64,000 nucleotides of DNA from Gemmatimonadales bacterium. Its GTDB lineage: Bacteria; Gemmatimonadota; Gemmatimonadetes; Gemmatimonadales; GWC2-71-9. Location of the stretch: contig OZ252244.1 of NCBI GenBank assembly GCA_965249575.1, forward strand, positions 2,912,001 to 2,976,000, in the 5' to 3' direction. This document shows positions 43,052 through 53,527 of the stretch, one piece after another. A program made the translations under genes and the position numbers. Below the pieces are notes generated by a model. That model was not told the DNA's origin. It saw nothing but the letters and a program-made list of their open reading frames with translations, and made no database searches. Positions within the stretch are counted from its first letter, which is position 1, and each line of letters starts with the position of its first letter.

Positions 43052-43795
43052 ATGCGATCGACTCTCCTTTTCCTCATCGCTGTCACCGCTTGTGGACCGG
43101 CCGCACCCACGACTACCGAAGGGCTCGTCGGGGCGATGCGCGACCGATACGATGGAGTGTGGCCCCGGACGGTTTCGTTCGTACAGGATAATACCAACCA
43201 CCTTCCAGACGGGACCATCGACCGTTCGACCATTGACGAGGCTTTCCTTTCTCCGGGTGGCCTTCGGATCGAGCAGCATCCCGTTGAGGAAAAAAGCGGG
43301 ATCCTCATGGTCAACGATTCTCAGTACGACTTCCGCAACGATTCCATGGTGGCGAAGGCGGCCGGCGGTCACCCCCTGCTGCTGCTGGCGGCGGACGTCT
43401 ACTTTTACCCGCCGGAGGAAACGTTGCGGCGCCTGGAAGAGTTCGGCTTCGATACCGGCGTATTTCGCGAAGACAGTTGGGAGGGGCGTGAGGCCTACGT
43501 CGTAGGCGCCGCGCAGGGAGACCTTCGAGCAGGCCAGTTCTGGATCGACAAGGAGCGCCTCGTTGTGATACGGGTCGTCCGGCCCACCGGCCCGAACGGA
43601 GAGCGGATCTCCGAGGTTCAGTTCAGGCGCATCGAGCCGCTGGGGGACGGATGGATCGCGCCAGAGGTGGTTTTCCTGACCGATGGAGAACGCACGCTGC
43701 TGGAGGAGTATCGCGACATCCGTTTCGGAGAAGAATTCGATCCGGGGCTCTTCGACCCCGCGGCGTGGAGCGAGACACTGATTAGAGGACAGTGA
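43052..43795 (+). CDS. Lipoprotein, possibly LolA-like/outer-membrane lipoprotein-sorting fold
   Basis: Lipobox AVTAC; PGGLRIE, QFWIDKERL and FDPGLFDP patterns. Confidence 0.6.
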   Translation: MRSTLLFLIAVTACGPAAPTTTEGLVGAMRDRYDGVWPRTVSFVQDNTNHLPDGTIDRSTIDEAFLSPGGLRIEQHPVEEKSGILMVNDSQYDFRNDSMVAKAAGGHPLLLLAADVYFYPPEETLRRLEEFGFDTGVFREDSWEGREAYVVGAAQGDLRAGQFWIDKERLVVIRVVRPTGPNGERISEVQFRRIEPLGDGWIAPEVVFLTDGERTLLEEYRDIRFGEEFDPGLFDPAAWSETLIRGQ

Positions 43796-43882
43796 GGGGT
43801 TCCCTCGCCCGCCCCCTCTGAGTGAGGAGGCCTGCCTACCGCTCACTTGGGTGTGGTTGGGAGGTGGGGACTTCTCACTGCC

Positions 43883-46609
43883 TTACAGGCTCAGCCAGTA
43901 GTTCACCTTCACCAGGAACGTGTTCTCCGCTGGGGCGAGACGAAAGATGTCTCGTACGTCCGAGCCGAGCCTGAAGCGCCCCTCGTCGGTCGACTTGCTT
44001 CGGCCGTGCTGCCAGACGGCGAAGATCGTGGAGCCTGGCCGATACTCCCAGCGCAACACGACATTCGACCGGAATGAGAGCCTAGTGAAGTCCGGGGCGC
44101 CGAGGTCGATGTCTCCCGTCCCATTGCGGTTCAGATCTACTGATACTTCGTCACCCTGGCGCACGAGACGGTCGCTGCCGAACACGTCGAAGCGGTCGAC
44201 ATAGCGCTCGGCCGGCGGCGCGGCTACCCGCTTGAACTCGAGATAACGGCCGGAGGACACGAAGGGCTCTGCGTAGGCCTGGAGCGTCAAGGTCGGGGTG
44301 AAGGTCACGTTCCCGCGGAACGTCATCGATACGGTCGTCTGGTGCAGCTCGCCGAATACGTACTCTTCCACCCCGAACGGATTGCCCTGTTCCAGGAATT
44401 GCCAGTCGTCCGAGGTCAGGTCCACGTCTGGCGAGATTGAGAAGTCGACGGTAGTCGCTGGACGCCACGAGATGTTGCCCCAGAACCCCGCGGAGTGAGT
44501 CTCCTCGGCTTCCTGGACGAAGAACCAGCCCCCCAAACCCAGATGGAGTGGCTTGCGGCGGTCGGTGTTGAAGCCGTACCAACCATTCCATCCCGGAGGC
44601 CGGATGAACGACGGTCCGCCACGGAGCGGGTCGGCCACGAGCCCACCACCCTGCCGATTGATGCCCAGGTGCCCGCCCCAGTAGTTCAGGAAGGTGAAGT
44701 TGGCATTGACGTTTCCGCCGATCTCCACGCGATCCCACCCATAGTTCCAGCTCGACCATTGGTTGACGTTGACGCTGAAGTTGCGGAACACCCTCCCGGG
44801 CTGGAGCCAGCGGTGGTTGATCCAAACGAACTGGGAGTGCCAGTCCGCATTCCGCTGGAATCCGAGGTCGTTCACCTCGAAGCCTGGAGACCGGGTGGAG
44901 GCACCGAAGTTGAAACGCCAGCTCCCACCGCCGCGTTTTCCAAAATCCATGCTTGCGGAGACACCGGAGAGCGACGTGCGGGTCGGATCGTAGGTTACAT
45001 AGTCGTTATCGGGCCGCTGGAAGTAGCGTGCGGACGAGCGTTGGGTCTCGTCGATCGCTTCTGCCGAACCCCGAACATGGCTGCCGACCACCCACCCGGA
45101 GATGTGGTACGTGTCGTCTCGGAAGCGATGCGTCCAGTCGATCCCGAGCGTGTGGGCCGAGCTGCGAAGCGAGTTCAACGCTGCGGGGAGGCTTCGGTTG
45201 GCGGCGGTGCTGAACAGCCCGATTCGGATCTGGCCACCCCGGTACTCGCGGGCCAGTCGACCCACGAAGTACCCGGTTTGCGGCTCCACAGGCTCGCGAT
45301 GTACCCCGCCGACCGAATCGACGACGGTCGCCATCTCCTCGGCTGTGAGCGCGCCGCTCAATCCGATCGTCCAGCCGTTTGGTGTTTTCCCGGAGAGCTT
45401 CGCCGCTCCGAGTATCGAAGTATGTCTGACGTCCTCCACGTAGCCGCCCAGGTCGTCGGGGTCGCCTTGTGGGGAGCGCCCGATGCGTCGGCTGTAGAAC
45501 AGGCGTTCTCTATTCTGGTCTCCTCCACCCAGCTGGAACCGGAAGATGTCAGATCCTTCGTTGAAAAACGGGCGACGCTCGGCAAAGAACGACTCGAATG
45601 CCGTTAGGTTCACTTCTGCGGGATCGGCCTCGACCTGGCCGAAGTCCGGATTGATCGTCGCTGAGAGGGTCAAGTTGGACGTCACGCCGTACTTGATATC
45701 GGCCCCGAGGGCGGCGCCGTGGTCGGTGCCATCGCGAAAGGGGTTGCCCGCTTCGATCGGCGGCCGCCACGAGGTAGCGACCGTGTATGGGAGTATTTCG
45801 AGACGCCGGGGAGGGCTGATACCCTCGATCCCTTCGAGCGTCCCGAGCTGCGACACGACTCCCGAGACGTTCTTGGGAATGAGCTTCCACTGCTGGAGCT
45901 CGTTCAGTCGATTGATTTTGCGGTATACGTTGAAACCGAAGATCTGTTCGTCTGCCGCTGCGAACCGGAGTTGGCTGAAGGGGATACGAAATTCCGCACT
46001 CCAGCCCTGGGGGTCTCGCGATGTCCCGACCTCCCACACCGCATCCCAGGAGTCGTCCTCTTCGTTGTCGTCAAAACGGTAGATGTCCCGTTTCACCGCC
46101 GCGGGATTGACCGCGAATTCGAAGGCGGTCCGACGGTCCAGGTAGGAGTCGATGACGATCCCGATCCAGTCCGACGGTGAGTCGTCGTCCCGGCGGGTTA
46201 GCCGCGCGGCAATCTGGTCGGCCGAGGAATCGAATGCTCGGACCCCAACGTACAGCGCGTCGTCCGTATAGACGACACGCACTTCCGTCCCCTCGGTGGC
46301 CGGCATTCCCTCGTCGGGATCTCGCTGTACGAAGCCTCCGACGACCGGCGCAACCGTCCAGTCAGGATCATCTAGGCGTCCGTCGATTCGAGGTCCGGCG
46401 GCCTCGGCTCGGACGGCTCGAGCCACGAACACGGAAGGCGGGGAGAGCGAGGAAGTGGACTGCTGCTGGGCGGCCGACGAAGAAGTCGCGGTCATGAACA
46501 AGACCGTCAGCGCGGCAGCACCTCTATCAGGTAGAGCACCCCGAACGAATCGCAAGCTCGAACGCACTCCCCCTCCAGTCCCGTCACGTTTTGGGGCCCG
46601 CTCTCGCAC
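43883..46609 (-). CDS. DUF5916 / CBM9-like domain outer-membrane protein, paralog 1
   Basis: PRIDGRLDD..W, GWSAEFRIPFSQLRF, NPDFGQVEAD, FFAERRPFF and C-terminal KVNYWLSL. Start uncertain. Confidence 0.88.
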   Translation of the reverse strand: MRERAPKRDGTGGGVRSSLRFVRGALPDRGAAALTVLFMTATSSSAAQQQSTSSLSPPSVFVARAVRAEAAGPRIDGRLDDPDWTVAPVVGGFVQRDPDEGMPATEGTEVRVVYTDDALYVGVRAFDSSADQIAARLTRRDDDSPSDWIGIVIDSYLDRRTAFEFAVNPAAVKRDIYRFDDNEEDDSWDAVWEVGTSRDPQGWSAEFRIPFSQLRFAAADEQIFGFNVYRKINRLNELQQWKLIPKNVSGVVSQLGTLEGIEGISPPRRLEILPYTVATSWRPPIEAGNPFRDGTDHGAALGADIKYGVTSNLTLSATINPDFGQVEADPAEVNLTAFESFFAERRPFFNEGSDIFRFQLGGGDQNRERLFYSRRIGRSPQGDPDDLGGYVEDVRHTSILGAAKLSGKTPNGWTIGLSGALTAEEMATVVDSVGGVHREPVEPQTGYFVGRLAREYRGGQIRIGLFSTAANRSLPAALNSLRSSAHTLGIDWTHRFRDDTYHISGWVVGSHVRGSAEAIDETQRSSARYFQRPDNDYVTYDPTRTSLSGVSASMDFGKRGGGSWRFNFGASTRSPGFEVNDLGFQRNADWHSQFVWINHRWLQPGRVFRNFSVNVNQWSSWNYGWDRVEIGGNVNANFTFLNYWGGHLGINRQGGGLVADPLRGGPSFIRPPGWNGWYGFNTDRRKPLHLGLGGWFFVQEAEETHSAGFWGNISWRPATTVDFSISPDVDLTSDDWQFLEQGNPFGVEEYVFGELHQTTVSMTFRGNVTFTPTLTLQAYAEPFVSSGRYLEFKRVAAPPAERYVDRFDVFGSDRLVRQGDEVSVDLNRNGTGDIDLGAPDFTRLSFRSNVVLRWEYRPGSTIFAVWQHGRSKSTDEGRFRLGSDVRDIFRLAPAENTFLVKVNYWLSL

Positions 46610-46753
46610 GTGGAAGGCCCACCCGTCTATTGATTAGACGTAGCGCGCCTGGAGATGGTTTCGCGGCTAGGGGACGGCCCTGGTTTGCAAAACAGACCAC
46701 CGCAGTCGACGGCGGCGCGGTCAAGCGGCGGGAGGCGATACTGGACCATAGTG

Positions 46754-46780
46754 AAAAAGCCCCGCCGAACACTGCGGGGC
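46754..46780 (-). terminator. Rho-independent terminator after ferredoxin
   Basis: On the minus strand, a GCCCCGC/GCGGGGC stem followed by TTTTT, 20 nt after the stop. Confidence 0.75.
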
Positions 46781-46800
46781 CCGGGGTCGGTTTTCTGGGA

Positions 46801-47070
46801 TCAACCTCTTCCTTTGGCCACCACCCGTTCTTCACCTGTTTCGAAATACACGCGGTTCTTTTCTATATAGCTCTTCCACTCGTCCGGCGTATCTTCCTCA
46901 GGGAAGATGGCCGTGACGGGGCATTCAGGCTCACACGCACCGCAGTCGATGCATTCGTCAGGATGGATATACAGCATATCCTCTCCCTCGTAGATGCAAT
47001 CGACCGGACACACGTCTACGCACCCACGATCCTTCACGTCGATGCAGGGCTCAGCAATTATATACGTCAT
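46801..47070 (-). CDS. fdxA: 7Fe-type ([3Fe-4S]/[4Fe-4S]) ferredoxin
   Basis: [19 protein letters not shown] and [22 protein letters not shown]. Confidence 0.93.
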   Translation of the reverse strand: MTYIIAEPCIDVKDRGCVDVCPVDCIYEGEDMLYIHPDECIDCGACEPECPVTAIFPEEDTPDEWKSYIEKNRVYFETGEERVVAKGRG

Positions 47071-47276
47071 GAAACGCTCCTTTGAATCTCGATCGCTACG
47101 CTGACGTATGTTGGCTCGCTAGGTGTCGTGTGTCAACCTTCGAAGCGCGCCTGTGGCGCCCCTAGTGTGAGGCCTTGTGTGGTTAGGCGCGGCCGCGCCT
47201 CGAGAGCCTCATTGCTCGGCGTCCCGCCGGGGGCTCTTCGGCTGGTCACGTGCCCCGGCAGATCCCGGGATCCTGA

Positions 47277-48035
47277 GTGATACTCTTAGATCCCGAGGCA
47301 CGGCCGGTCATCGCCCACCGCGGCGCGGCCGGGCAATACCCGGAAAACACGGAGCTTGCGTTCGACCAGGCCCTTGTCGGCGGTGCCGATGCGCTGGAAA
47401 TGGACGTGCGCCTGACCGCGGACGGTGTCGCCGTGGTACTCCACGACTCGACGGTTGATCGGACCACCAACGGCTCCGGGCCGGTCGGTGCAATGAGCCT
47501 TGACGGGCTCCAGCGTCTCGACGCGGGGGCCGGACAGTCCGTTCCGACGCTCGAACAGGTGCTCGATCGTTATGCTGAAACGCCAATACTGCTGGAAATC
47601 AAGGAGCGCGGCGCCGGTGAGGCAGTCCGACGGCTCTTGGATCGACACAACGCGCGGGCTCGGACCCTGGTGGGCGCGTTCGAGCTAGAGCATCTCACCG
47701 CATTTCGCGATGGCCCCTACCACCGGACCGCCGCAAGGAGGGAGGTCGCCATTTTTTGGGCCTCGGCCGTGCTCCGAATCCCCCGTGGGGCCGTGCCGTA
47801 CGAGGCATTCAGCGTGCCCGAGTACCACGGTCGGCTGGAGGTCGTGACCGAGCGGTTCGTCCGGTTAGCCAGTCGTGTCGGCGTGCCGGTACACGTGTGG
47901 GTAGTAGACGATCCCGCGCGCGCCGCCAAGCTGCGCGCGAAGGGCGTGGCGGGCATTCTCACCGAGTTCCCCGAGCGCATGCGCGACCTTGGAGCCTGGA
48001 ACGAGGAACGAGACGGACTCCCATTTCGGAAATAA
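47277..48035 (+). CDS. Glycerophosphodiester phosphodiesterase
   Basis: IAHRG...PENT, EMDVRLTADG, HD.TVDRTT, LEIK and HVWVVD. Confidence 0.93.
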   Translation: MILLDPEARPVIAHRGAAGQYPENTELAFDQALVGGADALEMDVRLTADGVAVVLHDSTVDRTTNGSGPVGAMSLDGLQRLDAGAGQSVPTLEQVLDRYAETPILLEIKERGAGEAVRRLLDRHNARARTLVGAFELEHLTAFRDGPYHRTAARREVAIFWASAVLRIPRGAVPYEAFSVPEYHGRLEVVTERFVRLASRVGVPVHVWVVDDPARAAKLRAKGVAGILTEFPERMRDLGAWNEERDGLPFRK

Positions 48036-48181
48036 CGCTCGCGGGCGCTACGCGGAACCGGCTCGCTGCTTCCCGGTTAGAAACAAGATCGAGACCCATG
48101 ATCGCCACCGGTGCCGAAGACCCGATGAGTCGCTTCCGCCGAACCCAATCGCCCCCGTCGTTGGGCTCGATGGTCTTGACT

Positions 48182-49353
48182 ATGAGTAGCCCGTCCGACT
48201 ACGCGCGCTCGCGGTGGGTCTGGTGCTCGCCGGTCTCGGGTGTCGAACGCCGGAGCGGGCGCGAGAGGCCCCGCTGCCGAGAACTGAGCGGGCGGCGGTC
48301 GATGCCAGGTTGTTCCTGATCGGAGACACGGGCGAGCCGGAGACAGACGGTGAACCCGTACTGATCGCGCTGGCCCGCGACCTGGCCACGGATCCGGCAC
48401 GCTCCTGGGCGGTGTTCCTCGGCGACGTCATCTATCCGGACGGGATGCCGGAGGAGGGACACCCGGATCGAGCAGAGGCGGAGCAGCGCTTGGATGTCCA
48501 ACTCGAGGTGCTACGCGCGAGCCGCGCTCGCGGGATCTTTCTGCCCGGTAATCACGACTGGCGTGGGGAGGATGGAGACGGCTGGGATGCCGTGCGGCGA
48601 CAGGCAGCCTTCGTCGAATCGCGAGCCGGTGGGTACGCTTCCTATCTCCCCCGCGGTGGTTGTCCCGGCCCGGAAGTCGTGGACCTGGGGGCGTGGCTCC
48701 GCCTCGTTGCGCTCGACACGGAGTGGTGGCTCGGCGACGGTCCGAAGCCCGAGCATCCGACATCCGAGTGCGCTACGGATTCGCCAGTCGAAGTCGTCGA
48801 CTCGCTGCGGGGCGCGCTACGCGACGCCGGAGAGCGAAGGACCGTCGTCGTGGCCCATCATCCTTTGGAGTCAGCCGGAGTGCACGGCGGAAGCTTCGGT
48901 TTGATGCAACACCTCTTTCCTCTGCGCGAACTCAAGAGCTGGCTCTGGGTGCCCCTGCCGATTGTGGGCTCCCTGTACCCGCTCGTCCGCGGGTCCGGCG
49001 TCTCCTCACAGGACATCCCGAGCGATGTGTACGGCCGGATGCTCGACCACCTCGACTCCGCTTTTGGAGATCACCCGCCCTTGGTGTACGCTGGAGGACA
49101 CGAGCACAACCTCCAAGTAATTCAAGGGGTAAACCCCCGATACTTGCTGGTGAGCGGCGCGGGAATCTACGGGCACCAGTCCGCGGTCTGGTGGCGCGAC
49201 AACACCCTGTTCGCCGCCGAAGATGCCGGGTTCATGCGTCTGGACGTGTTTCGGGATGGCGGGGTGCGGCTCACGGTTGTTGTGGTCGACGAGGACGCGA
49301 AACCAGAGGAGATCTTCTCGATCCCCCTGGAACTAACGTCGGCCAAGAACTAG
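48182..49353 (+). CDS. Lipoprotein metallophosphoesterase (calcineurin-like); probable 1-nt deletion in the signal peptide
   Basis: IGDTG, LGDVIYP, PGNHDW, AHHP and GGHEH motifs. Adding one C near 48191 gives MSSPVRLRALAVGLVLAGLGC (lipobox). Confidence 0.88.
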
Positions 49354-50468
49354 GCCACTGCCAAGGGCGCTAGCCCCTCGCGAAAACGCTTGAGCGCTTC
49401 GCGCAGGACGGCCTCCGGTTCCCCAAAGCTCAAGCGCATGTGATTGGGCATCCCAAAGTGCTCCCCCGGAACGAAGAGCAGGCTCTGCTCGACTCGGATG
49501 CGCTCCGCCAGTTGGAGCGTATCCACCGGTTGCGCGAAACGCACCCAGCAGATCGCTCCAGCGTCGGGATCCCTCCACTCGAGCAGTCCATCGAAGCTAG
49601 CAAGCCAGGCGTCGAGCGTGGGATAGTTGTCGCACAGAATCTGTCGAGTCCGCTTCAGAATCGCCGCGCGAACCGTGAGCGCAAGCGTCGCCAGATAATC
49701 GCTTACCGGGCTCGGACCGATTGCCGTATAGTCGTGCCGGCGCCAGAGGTCCTGGACGAGCTCCGCCGGCCCGACGATCCACCCGATCCGAAGCCCGGGG
49801 AGGCCGTAAGCCTTTGACAACCCATTCGTGATGATGATGCGCTCGTAGCTCCCCCAGAGCGACTGGGTAGTGACCCCACTCCGCTCCGCGCCCTGATAGA
49901 CCTCGTCCGCCAAGAGCCAGGATCCCGCCGCGCGGGCCCGAGCGACGATCTCGTTGCGAGTGTCGGCCGACAGCACCCGTCCAGATGGATTGTTGGGGTT
50001 GGTGACCACTACCAGCCTGGTGTCGGGCGCAATGGCCCGCCGGATGTCCGCCGGATCCGGCTCTCCGTTTCGCTCCATGGTGCACGGGAACGTCGAAACT
50101 TCCGCTCCGAAGTTTCGGGCGAGTCCCATGGTCTGCAAGTACGTGGGGGCGATGATCGCCACCTTGGCCCCTGGCTCGAGCAGCGCCCAGGAAATGATAA
50201 AATTCGCCTCGGCGCTGCCGACCGTAACCAGCACGTTGTCTGGGGTCGCGCCCGGGTAGAGGGCGGCGATCGACGTACGAAGCTGTTCGGTCCCGTTCGC
50301 CTGGCTGTAAATCATGCGCAGGTCGGTTAGCTCGTCATCGCTCTTACCGGCGAGGGCCAATAGCTCCCGAATCGAGAGCGGATACACGCCGCTCTCCGAG
50401 AGGTTGAACCGGACACGGTTCTCCCAGGTGCTCTGCCATCGTTCCATCTCGAACGGGATAAAGGGCAT
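49350..50468 (-). CDS. PLP-dependent aminotransferase class I/II
   Basis: NLSESG, NPNNPSG, LADEVY and GLSKAYGLPGLRIGW. Confidence 0.92.
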   Translation of the reverse strand: MPFIPFEMERWQSTWENRVRFNLSESGVYPLSIRELLALAGKSDDELTDLRMIYSQANGTEQLRTSIAALYPGATPDNVLVTVGSAEANFIISWALLEPGAKVAIIAPTYLQTMGLARNFGAEVSTFPCTMERNGEPDPADIRRAIAPDTRLVVVTNPNNPSGRVLSADTRNEIVARARAAGSWLLADEVYQGAERSGVTTQSLWGSYERIIITNGLSKAYGLPGLRIGWIVGPAELVQDLWRRHDYTAIGPSPVSDYLATLALTVRAAILKRTRQILCDNYPTLDAWLASFDGLLEWRDPDAGAICWVRFAQPVDTLQLAERIRVEQSLLFVPGEHFGMPNHMRLSFGEPEAVLREALKRFREGLAPLAVA

Positions 50469-50603
50469 CGTGCATTCCCCAGAGTCGTATCAGGGAATGT
50501 GACAGGCTACGGGGATGGGGGGTAGGGGATGGGTTGAAAGTGGCGGGTGGAGCTGGGCCGGGTGACTCCGTGACGGTCGTTCCCGGCCCAGTCTACCGCC
50601 AAG

Positions 50604-51710
50604 TTACTGGGCGCGCACGAATCGTACGTCGCCGGATCCGGTATCGATCTCGATGCGGCCGCCACCGTCACCGATTCGGCCGACGAGCTCGGAATCGCCC
50701 CACCGCGTCACTTCGAGCGGCAAGTCCGATTCGATGTCGCCGCTGCCGGCGTCGATCTCCAGGGCTGCCCCCAGCGTCGGGGGGACGGCCAGCGTGACGT
50801 CGCCCGAACCCGTATCGATCAAGATCCGCTCGGTATTACCGGTCAAGGCGACATCCACGTCGCCGCTGCCGGTGTCGAGCTTCAAGTCCTCCGTCGTGAT
50901 GTCTGAAAGCTCGATGTCGCCGGACCCCGTATCGATGGACAACTCGGTTGCGGCGAGATCGGAGCCCGAGACGGACCCTGAGCCCGAGTCCACGATCAAG
51001 TAGAGGCCCCGCACTCTCGAAAGGCTGACGGAACCGGATCCAGTATCGACGTCGGTCTCCCCGTCGACGTCGGCGATTCGCACCGACCCCGAGCCCACGT
51101 CCACCGCCACCGCTCCGCGAATCCCCTCAGCCGTCACCGAAGCCGAAGAGGCATCGACTCCTATCGTGCCGCTCACATTTGACAGGGCAATGTTCCCCAC
51201 CCCGAGGTAGACATCGAACGTCTGCCCTTCGGGCACTGCCACAACGAGGTCGGCGTAGGCCTCCCGGCCTTGGCCCGATCCCCCGATCGTGACGGACTCG
51301 CCGCGACGCGCGCGTCCCTGGCGGTGGTCACGATCCCACGGATGCGGACCTCCGAACGTTCCGTCCTCGCGAACCCGGATGTCCGTGCGCGACCCGCGCG
51401 ACATCCTGGGGTAGACGATCCGGTCTCCTGGGTAGCTGAAACGGAGGGTCTCCCGCCCACCAATCGTCCCCCGTTCCACCCGCAGCGTGGCTGAGTCCGC
51501 GCCACCACGAGTGGCGGTGACGACGACATCCGAGCCGGAACCTGGCCGGATCTCTACTTCGCCCGCCAGGTTGTAGACGGCAACGCGACTACCCGAGATG
51601 ACGTGACGCTCGGCTTGTTGCGCCAACGAGGGGAGAACTCCAAGCAAAGGCACCGCCGCCATGGCAATGCTCCAGATACGCGTGGGCCCCAGCAATTGGA
51701 CGTGCGGCAT
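50604..51710 (-). CDS. DUF4097 (adhesin-like beta-helix repeat) exported protein
   Basis: Signal peptide and about eight [IV]D[TSVA]GSG[SD][VI] repeats. Confidence 0.88.
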   Translation of the reverse strand: MPHVQLLGPTRIWSIAMAAVPLLGVLPSLAQQAERHVISGSRVAVYNLAGEVEIRPGSGSDVVVTATRGGADSATLRVERGTIGGRETLRFSYPGDRIVYPRMSRGSRTDIRVREDGTFGGPHPWDRDHRQGRARRGESVTIGGSGQGREAYADLVVAVPEGQTFDVYLGVGNIALSNVSGTIGVDASSASVTAEGIRGAVAVDVGSGSVRIADVDGETDVDTGSGSVSLSRVRGLYLIVDSGSGSVSGSDLAATELSIDTGSGDIELSDITTEDLKLDTGSGDVDVALTGNTERILIDTGSGDVTLAVPPTLGAALEIDAGSGDIESDLPLEVTRWGDSELVGRIGDGGGRIEIDTGSGDVRFVRAQ

Positions 51711-51910
51711 GCGGCCTCCGTCGACAACCTCGCCCTGGGCTCGAAGGCGCCCCTGGCGAGCTGCGGTAGGGGTGGTGGTGTTGACTCAACCGGTTGGATG
51801 GCTTGAAAGGCCGAAAGGTTGTCATGGACTTGCACCCGCCGCCTCACCCGATAATTTCCAGGCCGCGGGGCCAGGTCCCATTAGGGCCGGGGTCGCTCCG
51901 CGGCTCGTGA

Positions 51911-51982
51911 TGGGGTGTAGCTCAACGGCGGAGCGCCCGGCTGTTAACCGGGAGGTTGCAGGTTCGAATCCTGCCGCCCCAG
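51911..51982 (+). tRNA. trnN: tRNA-Asn (GUU), CCA not encoded
   Basis: TGGGGTG/CGCCCCA acceptor stem, GCTC/GAGC D-arm, CCCGG-CTGTTAA-CCGGG anticodon arm, GCAGG-TTCGAAT-CCTGC T-arm, discriminator G. Confidence 0.96.
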
Positions 51983-52081
51983 TGCGGTAACTCGCTTTCC
52001 GAGGTTGTTCCCGTCATCCCGTCCGACTGAGTCCCTTGAGCCCTACCCGAATCCGTGTGGGTTGCTGACAAGGCTACGAGT

Positions 52082-53527
52082 TCATGGCGGAGCGATCCGG
52101 TAAACGAAACCCGATAGGCTGGCACTGACGTATAGCTCCCCAGCCCCATCCTCGCCGAAGGAAACGAGACTGGCGAACTCGATTGACCCGAGATCCGGAG
52201 TCCAGTCGAGCTGATCCTGCGCTGTAGCGCCATCGTATCGCAGGCTCCTGAACCACCCTCCGCACCAATCGCCGTAGAAATATGCACCGTGGAGTTTCGG
52301 AATCTCGCGGCCGCGGTAGACATACCCACTGATGACTGAGCAGCCGTCGCTGCGTTCGACCACGACGATTGGGTCCACGAGCTTGAGTTGATTGTCTGGA
52401 TTACAGTCGCTGCGTGGCTTGTTGCAGAGATCTCCCTCCTTGATGGGCCACCCGAAGTTTGCGCCGCTCGACGCGGACGCCGGGAAAACGCTCACTTCCT
52501 CGCGTCTGTTGTTACCAACATCGCCGATGTAGAGATCCCCCGTCAGCCGGTCGAAGGAGAATCGCCAGGGGTTCCTGAAGCCGTACAACCAGATCTCCCC
52601 TCGAGCACCGTTGGCCGTGTCGTTCGAAACGACGAACGGGTTGTCGTCGGGGATCCCGTAGTGCAAGCCGGGATCGGGTGAGTCGACGTCGAGCCGGAGA
52701 ATACTCCCGCGTAGGGAACTGATGTCTTGCGCCGAGTCGGCGGTGTCAAAGCCCCCGTCGCCCAGACCGAGATAGAGCATGTCGTCCGGTCCGAAGGCGA
52801 CCTGGCCTCCGATGTGGCTGCCGGTCCGCTGCGGCATGTGCAGTATGAGGAGATCCGAGTCGGGATCGGCTACATCCGGGTTATCGGAGCTTACGCTATA
52901 GCGCACGAGCCGCGTGCCGTACGCTTCATTCTCCCGGTGCATGTAGTAAATGAAGAAGTGTCCGTTGTCCGAATAGTCGGGATGAAACGCGAGGCCGACC
53001 AGCCCACCCTCGAGGGTTGGCTCCACTTTTGGCGAGATGTCGAGAAAGGGCCTTGCCAATACGTTCCCATTCTTGATGATCCGGATAGTCCCGGGTCGCT
53101 CGAGAACGAAGAGCCGGTTCTCGTCACCAGGTGGAGAGGCCAGAGTGATGGGGAACTCGAGGCCGCCGGCGACGACCTGGAGCGTCACGTCGCCCGATTG
53201 AATGCCTACTCTTGCCGTCCCCCGGGCCTTCGGACGGGTGCTGGTTACCGCGATCGAGACGACTCCCTGGCCTATCCCAGTCACAAGTCCGCGCAAGTCC
53301 ACCGCAGCGATGGCGCGGTCGGAACTGGACCAGGTGACGGGCGCGTCGGAGACGGGTCGCCCCGAAGCGTCTCGCACTATGGCGGTGAGTCGCAGGGTCG
53401 AGGCGATCGGTATTTGGACCGAGGACGGGGAGATGTCGATCCACCCCTCTGGCTCGGCACATGCGACCGCCAGCACGGCCAGCATCGCCGCCTGAATCCC
53501 CCTCGCACGCCCCACATGGTGCATCAT
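52082..53527 (-). CDS. PQQ-dependent glucose/sorbosone dehydrogenase (GSDH) family lipoprotein with Ig-like (Big_2) domain
   Basis: Lipobox LAVAC, VTWSSSD.AIA.VD..GLVTG Ig-like motif, GLAFHP, HIGG, FGPD.MLY..LGDGG and YGFRNPWR. Confidence 0.9.
   Translation of the reverse strand: MMHHVGRARGIQAAMLAVLAVACAEPEGWIDISPSSVQIPIASTLRLTAIVRDASGRPVSDAPVTWSSSDRAIAAVDLRGLVTGIGQGVVSIAVTSTRPKARGTARVGIQSGDVTLQVVAGGLEFPITLASPPGDENRLFVLERPGTIRIIKNGNVLARPFLDISPKVEPTLEGGLVGLAFHPDYSDNGHFFIYYMHRENEAYGTRLVRYSVSSDNPDVADPDSDLLILHMPQRTGSHIGGQVAFGPDDMLYLGLGDGGFDTADSAQDISSLRGSILRLDVDSPDPGLHYGIPDDNPFVVSNDTANGARGEIWLYGFRNPWRFSFDRLTGDLYIGDVGNNRREEVSVFPASASSGANFGWPIKEGDLCNKPRSDCNPDNQLKLVDPIVVVERSDGCSVISGYVYRGREIPKLHGAYFYGDWCGGWFRSLRYDGATAQDQLDWTPDLGSIEFASLVSFGEDGAGELYVSASLSGFVYRIAPP

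Noticed and set aside
50640..51110. DNA-level repeats as a CRISPR or repeat array
   Set aside because: They encode the DTGSG beta-helix repeats of the DUF4097 protein, with no repeat-spacer structure.
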